64,000 nt of DNA from an uncultured virus (IMG/VR IMGVR_UViG_3300027688_000004) (lineage: Duplodnaviria; Heunggongvirae; Uroviricota; Caudoviricetes), in IMG/VR virus record IMGVR_UViG_3300027688_000004; one strand, written 5' to 3'. The first letter of the stretch is position 1. Every line of letters starts with the position of its first letter. Positions 10,225 to 19,616 of this stretch are shown in pieces. The position numbers and the translations under genes are program-made. The notes below the pieces were generated by a model. That model was given only the letters and a program-made list of their open reading frames with translations. It was not told the DNA's origin and made no database searches.

Positions 10225-10686
10225 ATGCCACTTACAATCGTCGCTGGAAATAAGCAGGGGTTCGGTAGCCCTCGCAAACTACGGGCAGCTTTTTCTAGGG
10301 CAGACACTAACTTCACGGAAGTGAATGCTGACGTTGTCATCGCCATCCCGATTTCCCTCCATGCCTCCAAAGTGATCTACAACATGTTTGTGGCTCGTCG
10401 GGCATATCAGGTCACGCAGATTGACTGGGTTGGGGATATCGCACAGGCAGTCACGGGGACTGTCGTGAAAGCCGTCGGCACCGCAACCCCTGCCTCTGCC
10501 ACCACCCCGATGCACACTGCAGCCGGGGTCGTATGTAATACCGCAGCCCACACAGTCCTGCCAATCGCCCTGACAACGACCGCAGCAGACCTTGTGCTTG
10601 CGACCGGTGACAGGATTGCATTTGTTCTCGGGGTGGCTCTGTCCACCGGGTCCGGTACCATCGTGCTCCGCATGAAGAGAGTCTAA
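10225..10686 (+). CDS. Putative virion structural protein (beta-rich)
   Basis: RBS AGGAG; Ala/Thr/Val-rich; followed by a terminator. Confidence 0.5.
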   Translation: MPLTIVAGNKQGFGSPRKLRAAFSRADTNFTEVNADVVIAIPISLHASKVIYNMFVARRAYQVTQIDWVGDIAQAVTGTVVKAVGTATPASATTPMHTAAGVVCNTAAHTVLPIALTTTAADLVLATGDRIAFVLGVALSTGSGTIVLRMKRV

Positions 10687-10703
10687 ATCCCGTTCTTTTG
10701 ATC

Positions 10704-10733
10704 CGGGGGCCATCGCCCCCGGTCTTTTTTTTT
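10704..10733 (+). terminator. Rho-independent terminator
   Basis: ccggggg-ccatcg-ccccgg type hairpin followed by a T run. Confidence 0.75.
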
Positions 10734-10811
10734 GGGTCTACCGGCGCAGCCCTTCATACTCACGGCCACCGTTCGCTTAGTTTTAGAACTCCAAGGCATA
10801 GATTGGCTAAC

Positions 10812-11174
10812 ATGACAACCGCAAAACTCGCTACTGATGTTCTAATTGCCGGGCTCAACACCGCCCTCGTCCCGAAGTTCGCTGTCATCTCCGCGGCGGG
10901 GGCGGGAAACAACACTCTGGTTACAGCGGTGCCGGGCAAGAAGATCCGGGTTCTCTCGTACACCATCGTCGCTACCACAGCAGTGACTTGTCAGTTTCAG
11001 AGTGGAGCCGGTGGTACCAACTTATCAGGGGCCATGCCTGCGGGAGTGAACGGGGTTATTTCTGCCCCCTTCACCCCTCTCGGACACTTCGAAACAGCCG
11101 CAGCTGCCTTGCTCAATCTGAGCCTAGGCGGGGCGGTGGCGGTGGCAGGGCACCTGTCTTACGTCGAGGTGTAG
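10812..11174 (+). CDS. Putative virion structural protein (beta-rich)
   Basis: ATG at 10812 downstream of the terminator; Gly/Ala/Thr-rich. Confidence 0.5.
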   Translation: MTTAKLATDVLIAGLNTALVPKFAVISAAGAGNNTLVTAVPGKKIRVLSYTIVATTAVTCQFQSGAGGTNLSGAMPAGVNGVISAPFTPLGHFETAAAALLNLSLGGAVAVAGHLSYVEV

Positions 11175-11225
11175 CTATAAATCGAACGTATTAGTAACCA
11201 TTTTCTACTAGAGTTGAGGCAGTAA

Positions 11226-11459
11226 ATGAATGTGTCATCAGAAATTATCCTAGGGCTGATGACTTCGGGCGGCGCGGTGCTGGCAGCAGCAGTCGCAAGG
11301 ATGTGGATCTGGTTTACCGAGGAGCTAAAAGAGTGCAAAGGTGACAGAAAAGAACTGCACGGCAAGCTCGATGTGATGCACGGACGCATCGCGGAAATCT
11401 CTCAGACGGTAGGCAGATTGAGCGGAAAGATTGACGAACAAGCGGAGGCTGAAGAATGA
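11226..11459 (+). CDS. Small TM plus coiled-coil protein (holin-like)
   Basis: N-terminal hydrophobic helix, then a charged coiled-coil. Confidence 0.45.
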   Translation: MNVSSEIILGLMTSGGAVLAAAVARMWIWFTEELKECKGDRKELHGKLDVMHGRIAEISQTVGRLSGKIDEQAEAEE

Positions 11460-11538
11460 AAATCGTAGCAACTACGCACGAACACGCAGCGACGTTTGAT
11501 CCGCCGTCAACATCCGAAAAGAATTGAGAGTCTAAACC

Positions 11539-11874
11539 ATGCCATCAGCACTAATGCCCAAAGACAAAGAGATATCTGAAGAAATCATCCTTTTACGACG
11601 CATGGTTCAGATGATGAGCCAGCAGAACGCGGTTGACGCTGGCAGCAGGCAGCGAATCTCTGTTGATGCGTTCCTGCCAGGGGTGGCACTGCCCAACGTC
11701 ACTAATGTGGCCACAGTATCAACAGTAACAACAGTATCAACAGTATCAGCAGTATCAACAGTATCAACGCTCAACAACCTCGCTGCCGTGGCAGGCGAGG
11801 GCGTCCGGATGTACGAAGTTCCGGCCCGCAACTGCTACTCAAATTCAATCCGAAACAAGCTCACTTTCGCATAA
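11539..11874 (+). CDS. Tail-fibre-associated small protein with TVS/TVT repeats
   Basis: 9-bp acagtatca tandem repeats; immediately upstream of the fibre-like gene. Confidence 0.55.
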   Translation: MPSALMPKDKEISEEIILLRRMVQMMSQQNAVDAGSRQRISVDAFLPGVALPNVTNVATVSTVTTVSTVSAVSTVSTLNNLAAVAGEGVRMYEVPARNCYSNSIRNKLTFA

Positions 11875-11887
11875 GGTCTGACCTGTC

Positions 11888-14506
11888 ATGCCGACGCCAA
11901 AACTCACAACGAACACACTGATTCGTCAGGTCGATCTGCCCACATGGGAATGGATCAGGCAGATGCCAGCGGTGTCGTCTGCGTTGTCATCCGGATGCAC
12001 GGCACACAACGGAAACTTCCATCCATCGCACGGTCGATACGTTTATTACTTCGTGGGGACAGTACAGTTTTGGAGGTATGACACTTGGTCGGACGGCTGG
12101 ATGCAATTGTCATCGCCGCCGTTCGCCACGACCGTATTGAGCGACGTGGGATTTCTCGGTGACTACGGCCCGGAAGGACGAGTCATTTCGGCGACAGGAA
12201 CAACGCTTGACATTGCGGGAATCCCGCAGCGTGTACTTGAAACGATGGAGGTTAGAATCATCGGCGGCACGGGACGTGGACAGCGACGGTACATCACGAC
12301 GCAGGCGGAACCAGTTGTTGCTGATCGTGGTATCCCGACGACTGTACTCGCGGGTGTTACGTCCACACTGACCGACACGACAAAGGCTTGGACAATTAAC
12401 CAATGGGTCGGATACTCGGTACGAATTGAATTCAGCACAGGCGTGAATAACGTCCGCAAGATCCTGTACAACGACGCAACCTCGATCACCTACATCTCGC
12501 ACGCAAAATTCTCAGAAAACGTGCTTTCTGCTCCGGCACAGATGTCTTCATTGCCGGTTGTCACTAATTCGATTTACTCCATCGAGTCGTCAACGCTCAC
12601 CGTCGAAACAGCATGGGCCACGACCCCCGACGCAACGTCACGATATCGCGTTTTGTCAGGGGCAATTGCTTACACGTACACGGGTTTTCCGAGTCCGACC
12701 TTTTACAATATCGCAGAGGACTTGTGGTATATAGGGGCTTCTCCGACGTTGATCATGGCCGCGACCGGGACCGAGTCTCGTTTAGAGGCATCAGGCGAAA
12801 CGCAATGCACATGGTGGAATGGAATCGCGACGGCCGGATCAACTACGACGTTGACTGACTCGCTCGCAAATTGGGTAACGGATGAGTGGATTGGAAAATG
12901 TGTCTGGATCACATCCGGAACTGGCGAAGGGCAACTTCGCAAGATCAGTGCAAATACGTCAACTCAACTGACGTGGGTGACGGTTGGTACAGCCCCAACA
13001 ACCACAAGCCGATATTCGATTGAGGGGTATGACGCTGGTGTTGCCACCTCTGGAGCGGCGTCAAGTATTACTGACACGGCTCAAGCGTGGACTACAAACC
13101 AGTGGACGAACCACCGTGTGAATATCGTGTTTGGAACTGGTAAGGGGCAGAGCCTCAATGTCCTGTCAAACACGGCGACGGCACTCACGATGGTGCAGCC
13201 GTGGGCATCATGTTTCCCCGGTGCGGTCAGCCCAGACAGCACTTCGGTATACTTGATCGTGTGCGACAACACGGTCTTGTATTCAGCACATGCTCCCACT
13301 TCGACAATCTTGAGAACAAGCTTAAAGAACGGAATCAGTTTCGTCGGGGCTGAAATTGACCAAGGCAACTGCTGTTCGGGTTCAGCTCGGTACGGTGACT
13401 TTCCTCCAGTGGCTGTTGCCAGCTCCACCGGCACTGCCGGTACAGTCACAATCACCACCGTCAATCCCCACGGTTTCAGAACCGGTTGGACTATCCTTCA
13501 TGCCGGAGACACTGGAGCGTCAGCCGTCCAGAATAATATCTCTGCCGTTATCACAGTCATCACCGCAACGACATATTCATACGTTGCTCCCGGATCAACG
13601 GCTGTTTGGGTCATCGCCGCCCAGACAACCTCCATCCTGAAAGACTCTTCGAAAGCATGGACTGCCAGTGAGCATATCGGGAAGTTGGTACGTTTTTCGA
13701 ACGCGACGTTGCTGATTAGCGGTTCATCCGCACAGGCAACGGCCTACATCTCGGCCAATACCGCAAATACCTTGACATTCGGGGCAGCAACCGCCGCAGC
13801 AGCATTCTCCGGTACCAGTAATTATGTCATTACAAAACTGGATGCGATTGGCCAGCAAGACAGTGGTGTTGCGACTGGAGTAGCCCAGGGAACAACCTCG
13901 TTGGCCGATACGTCCAAGACATGGGTGGTAAACATCCACACGGGCCGCAGAATGCGATATCTCTCTCATCTTGGTGAAGCGGCGGAAGTGTTGATCCTCA
14001 ACAACACGGCTACCGCACTGATCTATGCTCCGGCGACTCTCCCTGTAGCAGGGGCGACGGCTTATGCCATTCTCGGACAGGCTACTCGTGGTCTCGGGAC
14101 GTGTCTGGAATTCCAGAGTGGCGGTTCACGGGCAGCAATGCGTGGACGGTATTTGTATTCATTTCGCGGTGGTGCGACTATTGGCATCGACCGATTCGAC
14201 ATCACTAGTAATGTGTGTCTTCAGATGTCCGGGCTTCAGCAGTTCGAAGTTCTCGGCTCGGGAACCATGGCCGCTTATGACGGTGAAGATCGGATCTATT
14301 ACACAAAGGACGCCACGAACAGGATGTACTGCCTGAATCTCGTGACGGGCATAGTATCTGCGTCTCCGCAGATACCATACGTTGTCGGAACGGCTCATAT
14401 CGGAAACCGTATGACGGTCACAGTGACTCGCGATCGCCTGAAGTACCTGATCTTAAATCGACATTCGAATGTCGAAATGTTCCGCACATTGTTGTTCTGG
14501 GAATAA
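11888..14506 (+). CDS. Tail fibre/spike-like protein (872 aa)
   Basis: Thr/Gly-rich; repeated TLTD..KAW..N.W.G..V.I..GTG.GQ modules; propeller-like termini. Confidence 0.6.
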   Translation: MPTPKLTTNTLIRQVDLPTWEWIRQMPAVSSALSSGCTAHNGNFHPSHGRYVYYFVGTVQFWRYDTWSDGWMQLSSPPFATTVLSDVGFLGDYGPEGRVISATGTTLDIAGIPQRVLETMEVRIIGGTGRGQRRYITTQAEPVVADRGIPTTVLAGVTSTLTDTTKAWTINQWVGYSVRIEFSTGVNNVRKILYNDATSITYISHAKFSENVLSAPAQMSSLPVVTNSIYSIESSTLTVETAWATTPDATSRYRVLSGAIAYTYTGFPSPTFYNIAEDLWYIGASPTLIMAATGTESRLEASGETQCTWWNGIATAGSTTTLTDSLANWVTDEWIGKCVWITSGTGEGQLRKISANTSTQLTWVTVGTAPTTTSRYSIEGYDAGVATSGAASSITDTAQAWTTNQWTNHRVNIVFGTGKGQSLNVLSNTATALTMVQPWASCFPGAVSPDSTSVYLIVCDNTVLYSAHAPTSTILRTSLKNGISFVGAEIDQGNCCSGSARYGDFPPVAVASSTGTAGTVTITTVNPHGFRTGWTILHAGDTGASAVQNNISAVITVITATTYSYVAPGSTAVWVIAAQTTSILKDSSKAWTASEHIGKLVRFSNATLLISGSSAQATAYISANTANTLTFGAATAAAAFSGTSNYVITKLDAIGQQDSGVATGVAQGTTSLADTSKTWVVNIHTGRRMRYLSHLGEAAEVLILNNTATALIYAPATLPVAGATAYAILGQATRGLGTCLEFQSGGSRAAMRGRYLYSFRGGATIGIDRFDITSNVCLQMSGLQQFEVLGSGTMAAYDGEDRIYYTKDATNRMYCLNLVTGIVSASPQIPYVVGTAHIGNRMTVTVTRDRLKYLILNRHSNVEMFRTLLFWE

Positions 14507-14508
14507 AA

Positions 14509-14712
14509 ATGAAACATCGAAAATATCGCATCGCTGACTTCATTGAGTTTTGCACGCTCGCACAGCAGAAACTTAGTCCGATGTTGTCGCTGGCGGATGC
14601 AAACAACGATATTGAAGAGTCATACGAAATTGACCAAGATCTAAAAGATATTGTTCGGACGTTGACGTGGCTCGACACGATCAAAGACAGAGACCGACCA
14701 CCGAGGGAGTGA
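14509..14712 (+). CDS. Hypothetical protein (possible fibre chaperone)
   Basis: Fills the gap between two fibre-like genes. Confidence 0.5.
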   Translation: MKHRKYRIADFIEFCTLAQQKLSPMLSLADANNDIEESYEIDQDLKDIVRTLTWLDTIKDRDRPPRE

Positions 14713-14715
14713 TCA

Positions 14716-16656
14716 ATGGCGACACAAACTGTAAAACTCGCAAGTCATCCGTCTCAGGTTGGGACTAAGCTGCAACTGTGGGCAATCGACACGCTGCTAC
14801 TGGTTCAAAATGTTTCGGCGGTTGAGACAGTAGCAGGGTCCGGTTTGTACACGGCGGATTTTACGGACGCACCAGCAAACAGCTACCGCGTGTTGCACTA
14901 CGCTTCAGATGGGGATCTGATCTGGTCATCTTGTGTTGTTCTGACTTTGTCTACAGCGACATTTCAGGCACACGACGCTGCGTTCGCGGCTGGCGGTGGT
15001 GGTGGTGGCGGCGGCGATGCCACACTGGCAAATCAGGTAATTATCAAGGCCGATCTGGATGACATTCAGACGCGACTACCTGCAGCACTGCAAGGCGGTC
15101 GTATGAATGCCTACGTCGGGGAGATGGGCACCGACACGCTGAACGCCTCGGCACTGGCAGCGGACGCTGTGGCTGAGATTCAGAGCGGATTGGCTACGCC
15201 GATAAACATCACGGCAGGCACACTAACGACAGTCACAAACTTAACGAACGCTCCGACGAGCGGTGATCTGACTGCCACGATGAAAGCCTCGGTAACGGCA
15301 GCAGTACCGTCAGTCGTGTCGATACAGACCGGATTGGCAACACCAACCAACATTACCTCAGCTAGTGGGATCGCGGTCAGTAGCATTGGTAATAACGTCA
15401 TCACGGCGTTGGCTCTGGCGACTGATGCTGTTAACGAGATTCAAGCAGGCTTGGCCACACCGACAAACATTACCTCCGCAAGTGGTATCGCCGTCAGCAG
15501 TATCGGCGCAAACGTGATCACCGCATCTGCACTGGCTACCGATGCGGTCAATGAGATTCAATCGGGCCTTGCAACTCCAACAAACATCACATCGATCACA
15601 GGCAATCTCAGCGGATCGGTCGGTAGCGTGACTGGTGCTGTGGGTAGCGTTACGGGTGCAGTCGGTTCGGTCACCGGCGCGGTTGGCAGCGTGACGGGTG
15701 CGGTTGGATCTGTGACTGGTGCTGTGACGGTCGGCACAATCAACGCCAACGTCGTCAACGCTTCGGCACTGGCAGCGGACGCTGTGGCTGAGATTCAGTC
15801 AGGCCTAGCACTTGCCGCCACCGCCCTATCAACCACGCAGTGGACAAACACGCTCGCGGCGAATATCGGCACGACAAATACGACGGTCGCGACAAATCTT
15901 GATGCGACTGTAAGCAGTCGATTAGCCTCGGCCAGTTACACAGCCCCATCCAACCTGACAGCGGCACAGATTGCAACGGGTGTTTGGCAGGATGCAAATG
16001 CCGGAGACTTTACAACTGCATCCTCAGTCGGCAAGTCTCTGTACCACGCCTTCACGGCAGGCACATCTGTGTTCACAGTGGCCGCACTGGCTAATGCTCC
16101 ATCAGGTGGTGGTGGTGGTGGTGGTGGTGATGCAACGCTGGCCAATCAGACGCTTATTATCTCCACACTCGCCGCAATAAAAGGGGCGGGGTGGGACGGC
16201 AGTACGGACACTCTTGAGAAAATCAGGGACGCGATTACCGCATACATCTCAAGTGCGGTAGGGTCCGTCCAATCCTCTGCAGGTACGATCGTGGGCTTCC
16301 CCAGCACCCTCACTATCGGGGACTCGTATACCCAGGACGCAAACCGCGCTATTGTTGTCTACATCCGGGACGCAGCCAACGCCCCTATTCTCTCCGTTGG
16401 AAGTCACAACTTCCTCGATGGAGACTTCGCCCCGGAGCTTGTAGTCACGCAAGGAGGGGAAACGGGGCGGGTCCACGCAACCGTTACCTACGTCGTACCT
16501 GGGGGAATACTGGAGAATTACCTCCGGGTTGAGTTCTCTCCGAAAGAGACGAGACGCGCCGGTCAAGGTGCTGCTACCATGCAGTGTCGGCTGAAATGGA
16601 CCGGAGTCCAATTCACCCTCGCCACCCAAGCGGTCGTATGGAATCCTTCAATCTGA
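14716..16656 (+). CDS. Tail fibre-like protein with repeats
   Basis: (VTGAVGS)x5; repeated ALAxDAVxEIQxGLATP; two poly-Gly DATLANQ linkers. Confidence 0.6.
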   Translation: MATQTVKLASHPSQVGTKLQLWAIDTLLLVQNVSAVETVAGSGLYTADFTDAPANSYRVLHYASDGDLIWSSCVVLTLSTATFQAHDAAFAAGGGGGGGGDATLANQVIIKADLDDIQTRLPAALQGGRMNAYVGEMGTDTLNASALAADAVAEIQSGLATPINITAGTLTTVTNLTNAPTSGDLTATMKASVTAAVPSVVSIQTGLATPTNITSASGIAVSSIGNNVITALALATDAVNEIQAGLATPTNITSASGIAVSSIGANVITASALATDAVNEIQSGLATPTNITSITGNLSGSVGSVTGAVGSVTGAVGSVTGAVGSVTGAVGSVTGAVTVGTINANVVNASALAADAVAEIQSGLALAATALSTTQWTNTLAANIGTTNTTVATNLDATVSSRLASASYTAPSNLTAAQIATGVWQDANAGDFTTASSVGKSLYHAFTAGTSVFTVAALANAPSGGGGGGGGDATLANQTLIISTLAAIKGAGWDGSTDTLEKIRDAITAYISSAVGSVQSSAGTIVGFPSTLTIGDSYTQDANRAIVVYIRDAANAPILSVGSHNFLDGDFAPELVVTQGGETGRVHATVTYVVPGGILENYLRVEFSPKETRRAGQGAATMQCRLKWTGVQFTLATQAVVWNPSI

Positions 16657-16663
16657 TAAAAAT

Positions 16664-16716
16664 TTTTACAGATTCTGTAAAAGTCCATTGACAGATTCTG
16701 TCAATACTTGCACAAT
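16664..16716 (+). promoter_or_regulatory. Sigma70-like promoter overlapped by two palindromic operators
   Basis: TTGACA-17-CACAAT; palindromes TTTTACAGA-T-TCTGTAAAA (16664-16682) and ATTGACAGA-T-TCTGTCAAT (16687-16705). Confidence 0.65.
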
Positions 16717-16737
16717 CCCTCAGTCCCTTTTTAGGAG

Positions 16738-17346
16738 ATGGATATGCAAGTTTCAGTTTCGTTCGGGCTTGAGGATCTGGCCCATCTGCCGTTGGATTTG
16801 CGGCAGAGAATTCATCAGGCGTTAATGCTCCCCGCTGTCGTAACAATAGGGGGTCAACTGCCTTCACCCCCTATGCAGTACATGCCGCCGCCCCAGCAGA
16901 TGAGTCAGATTCCTCTGCAGCAGGCACCACCGGCTCCGTATGTAGCCCCGGTGGTGAAAAGCCCGCTGATTCAAGGTAACACGAAGGTGTGGATGCCAGA
17001 CATGGGTCATCCGACCCAGGTCAATTCTGCGGTGGATGTGATCACCGGGCGTCCGGTTGGGATAGCGTCAATACCGGATGCTCCGGTTGTTCCGCAGTAC
17101 TCGAACGCTCCCGTAAATGTTGTCGCAGTCCCGATGAACGGGCAGCCAGTGGTGGGTCCCCACCCCAACTGCGACACTGAGACAGCCCGCGGTGCGGCAA
17201 TCCGGCTGTACCGTAACGAAGCCCTCGGTGGAGTGAATGCCCTCAACGCGGCAGTTGAGAGGGCGGGGATCGGCAGCATGTCAAACCTGAACGCAGCGAA
17301 CGCCTCCGCCCTGTACGCTGCTATCCTTTCGGTAGGAGGGCAGTAA
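16738..17346 (+). CDS. Pro-rich hypothetical protein, first gene of the replication operon
   Basis: RBS AGGAG; TAATG coupling to the next gene. Confidence 0.65.
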   Translation: MDMQVSVSFGLEDLAHLPLDLRQRIHQALMLPAVVTIGGQLPSPPMQYMPPPQQMSQIPLQQAPPAPYVAPVVKSPLIQGNTKVWMPDMGHPTQVNSAVDVITGRPVGIASIPDAPVVPQYSNAPVNVVAVPMNGQPVVGPHPNCDTETARGAAIRLYRNEALGGVNALNAAVERAGIGSMSNLNAANASALYAAILSVGGQ

Positions 17347-18578
17347 TGTCCGAGACCAAAGTCCATCATGTACTCAGCCCTTCCGGACTACATCGAATTA
17401 CGAACTGCATCGGTTCGGTCTACGGGCCGGGCAGGTCAGAGTCGAATGAGTTTGCGAGGGAGGGTACAGCCTGTCACTCTCTGCTGGAGTTTTGTCTGGC
17501 AACAGGTGCAAACCCCCGGGATCTGGAAGGGATCGCAGAGTTCAGCAGTGAGTTTCCAGTTACGCTGGAGATGATTGAAGCGGTTGAACTGTTTATCGCA
17601 GAAGTGAAGAGAGTGTGTGACGAGTTCAATATCCCTCACTCCCGCATCAAGGCGGAGGAAAAGCTCGTTCACTCTCAGATCCCGAACCAGATGTTCGGTG
17701 GGACAATGGACTGCCAAGTCCCGGGCGATGAAGTGTTAATCGTGGCTGACCTGAAGTTCGGGCGCAATCAGGTCTATGCGGATTCCATCCAGTTAACTGC
17801 GTATTCCATTCTGTCTCTGGACAAGATGGAAAAACAGCCCCTGAAGGTCATCCAGCTCATCATCCAACCCCGAGGAGGTACTACTGTCAGTCGGTACGAA
17901 CTTGGGGCGGATGAGATCAATGAGACATGGAATAAGATCGGCATGGCGGCTGGTCATATCCTGCGTTACCCGGATCGGAGCAAGAAAGCCCCGATCGAAC
18001 ACCTGAAAGCGGGGGAGTGGTGTAAGTACTGTCCTCAGTCAGCCGGATGCCCAGCGCGAGATGCGATGGTGACGGACATGATTCAGATCGGCACTTTTCC
18101 GAACCCAACATCGGGTGACCTGATCGTATCTCCAACTCAGGAGATCCCAACCGAAGTTCTGGTTGACCTGATGAAGAAGGGGGACGCTGTCCGAGAATTT
18201 CTGGACGATGTCAAGAAGGCCCTCATCACGAGGGCGTCGATGGGGCAGGAGATCCCCGGTCATAAACTGGTCCTGTCCTACGGCCACAGGAAGTGGACGG
18301 ACGAGGATGAAGAAGCGATGCTGAAGAAGATCCCAAAAGCAAAGCTGGGTCTAACAGTGAAGGAGATCACGATCAAGAAGCTCGGGTCACCAGCCCAAGT
18401 GGAAAAGATCTTGAAAGCAAAGGGGACTTTGCAGGAAGTCAAGGAGCGGTTTGACCGCTTAGTAGTGAGCAAGCCAACCGGTGTTCGGTTGGTGGAGAAC
18501 CGTGCCCGTGGTGAAGCAATTCGCCCGGAGACTGCGGTGGAGTTTCTGACCAATATGAAGGATACTGTCGATGAGTAA
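17346..18578 (+). CDS. DUF2800-like PD-(D/E)xK (Cas4-like) exonuclease
   Basis: HxxLSPS...C, EGTxxH, GTMD, DLKFG, QLxxY, WCKYC...CP. Confidence 0.85.
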   Translation: MSETKVHHVLSPSGLHRITNCIGSVYGPGRSESNEFAREGTACHSLLEFCLATGANPRDLEGIAEFSSEFPVTLEMIEAVELFIAEVKRVCDEFNIPHSRIKAEEKLVHSQIPNQMFGGTMDCQVPGDEVLIVADLKFGRNQVYADSIQLTAYSILSLDKMEKQPLKVIQLIIQPRGGTTVSRYELGADEINETWNKIGMAAGHILRYPDRSKKAPIEHLKAGEWCKYCPQSAGCPARDAMVTDMIQIGTFPNPTSGDLIVSPTQEIPTEVLVDLMKKGDAVREFLDDVKKALITRASMGQEIPGHKLVLSYGHRKWTDEDEEAMLKKIPKAKLGLTVKEITIKKLGSPAQVEKILKAKGTLQEVKERFDRLVVSKPTGVRLVENRARGEAIRPETAVEFLTNMKDTVDE

Positions 18579-19335
18579 TCAATTCGGAGCAGCACCAGGT
18601 ATCAACCCCGGAATGCCTGCACAAAGTACGTCACATCAGACCGGCAATGTCGCGGGAAAGAAGGAGGCCCTACGCATCAACGTGGGGCCCTTTGTCCTGA
18701 GCTATCCGAGTCTGTTTGTGCCGCGGAAGAAGATGGGAGTACCTAAGCCGGGAGAAGCCCCGGGCCTGCAGTACAGCTGCGAGTTGATGATGTACTCCAA
18801 CAACCCTAAAGCAGGAGAGACATACCAGCTCCTGACTTCTGCCGCCAATCAGGTTAGTATGGCAAAGTTCGGGAAGACCGTTGACTCCCCGATCTTTAAG
18901 AACAAGCCGGTTCGTGACTTGGCAGAAAAGCAGAACGCGACTGAGACCGGGTTCTTCATCTCGGCCCGAAGCTCACAGCCACCCTCAATCGTGATCGGGT
19001 CTCCGCCGGTCACGGTGACGAATCCGGACGACGTTTACGCGGGGTGTTTTGTGTACGTCAACATCACCCCGTCAACCTACGATTTTGAAGGGAATCGTGG
19101 TGTGAAGTGGTTCCTGAACAGCGTCTGGAAGGTAGCAGACGGTCCTCGTCTAGCTGCAGTGCGCGACGGAGTCCAAGACTTTGCCGATCTGGTGGGCAAG
19201 GTTGAGGTTAATCTGGCCCCGACACAAGGGTATGGAGAAGCTCCTCCGATGCCGGGCCAGATGCCTCCGTGGGCCCAGCCTCAGCAAGAGCAGTTGCCTC
19301 CGTGGTCTCAGAAACAACCCGGCGTTCCATACTAA
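18571..19335 (+). CDS. DUF2815-like single-stranded DNA-binding protein
   Basis: LSYPSLF, VYAGC, GNRGV...LNSV, DGPRL; standard neighbour of DUF2800 and PolA. Confidence 0.8.
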   Translation: MSNQFGAAPGINPGMPAQSTSHQTGNVAGKKEALRINVGPFVLSYPSLFVPRKKMGVPKPGEAPGLQYSCELMMYSNNPKAGETYQLLTSAANQVSMAKFGKTVDSPIFKNKPVRDLAEKQNATETGFFISARSSQPPSIVIGSPPVTVTNPDDVYAGCFVYVNITPSTYDFEGNRGVKWFLNSVWKVADGPRLAAVRDGVQDFADLVGKVEVNLAPTQGYGEAPPMPGQMPPWAQPQQEQLPPWSQKQPGVPY

Positions 19336-19358
19336 GGCGTGTGACTGAGTGGTACTTG

Positions 19359-19387
19359 AGGCCGGAGGTCCCCCTCCGGCCTTTTTT
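19359..19387 (+). terminator. Rho-independent terminator
   Basis: ggccggagg/cctccggcc stem followed by tttttt. Confidence 0.75.
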
Positions 19388-19397
19388 GCAGGAGACA

Positions 19398-19616
19398 ATG
19401 ATGAAACCAGTATACGTTGAAGTTCGGATGATAGATCACGAGAAGACGGGACTGTTAGTGAGACGGGAACGGCAGAAGCAGGGCATTAGTGTCACCGACC
19501 TCGCCGCGATAGTTGGGATATCCGTATCCTACTTGTGCTGCCTTGAGAACGGTGACCGAGCATGGTCCGAGGAGTTATTTGCTCGCGTAACGAGGGGGCT
19601 CTCGTGCGATACTTAG
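19398..19616 (+). CDS. XRE-family HTH regulator
   Basis: RRERQKQGISVTDLAAIVGISVSYLCCLENG; RBS GGAG. Confidence 0.85.
   Translation: MMKPVYVEVRMIDHEKTGLLVRRERQKQGISVTDLAAIVGISVSYLCCLENGDRAWSEELFARVTRGLSCDT

Noticed and set aside
17346..18578. Cas4 / CRISPR adaptation gene
   Set aside because: Its context (SSB, PolA, VRR-NUC, SNF2) is the standard phage replication module
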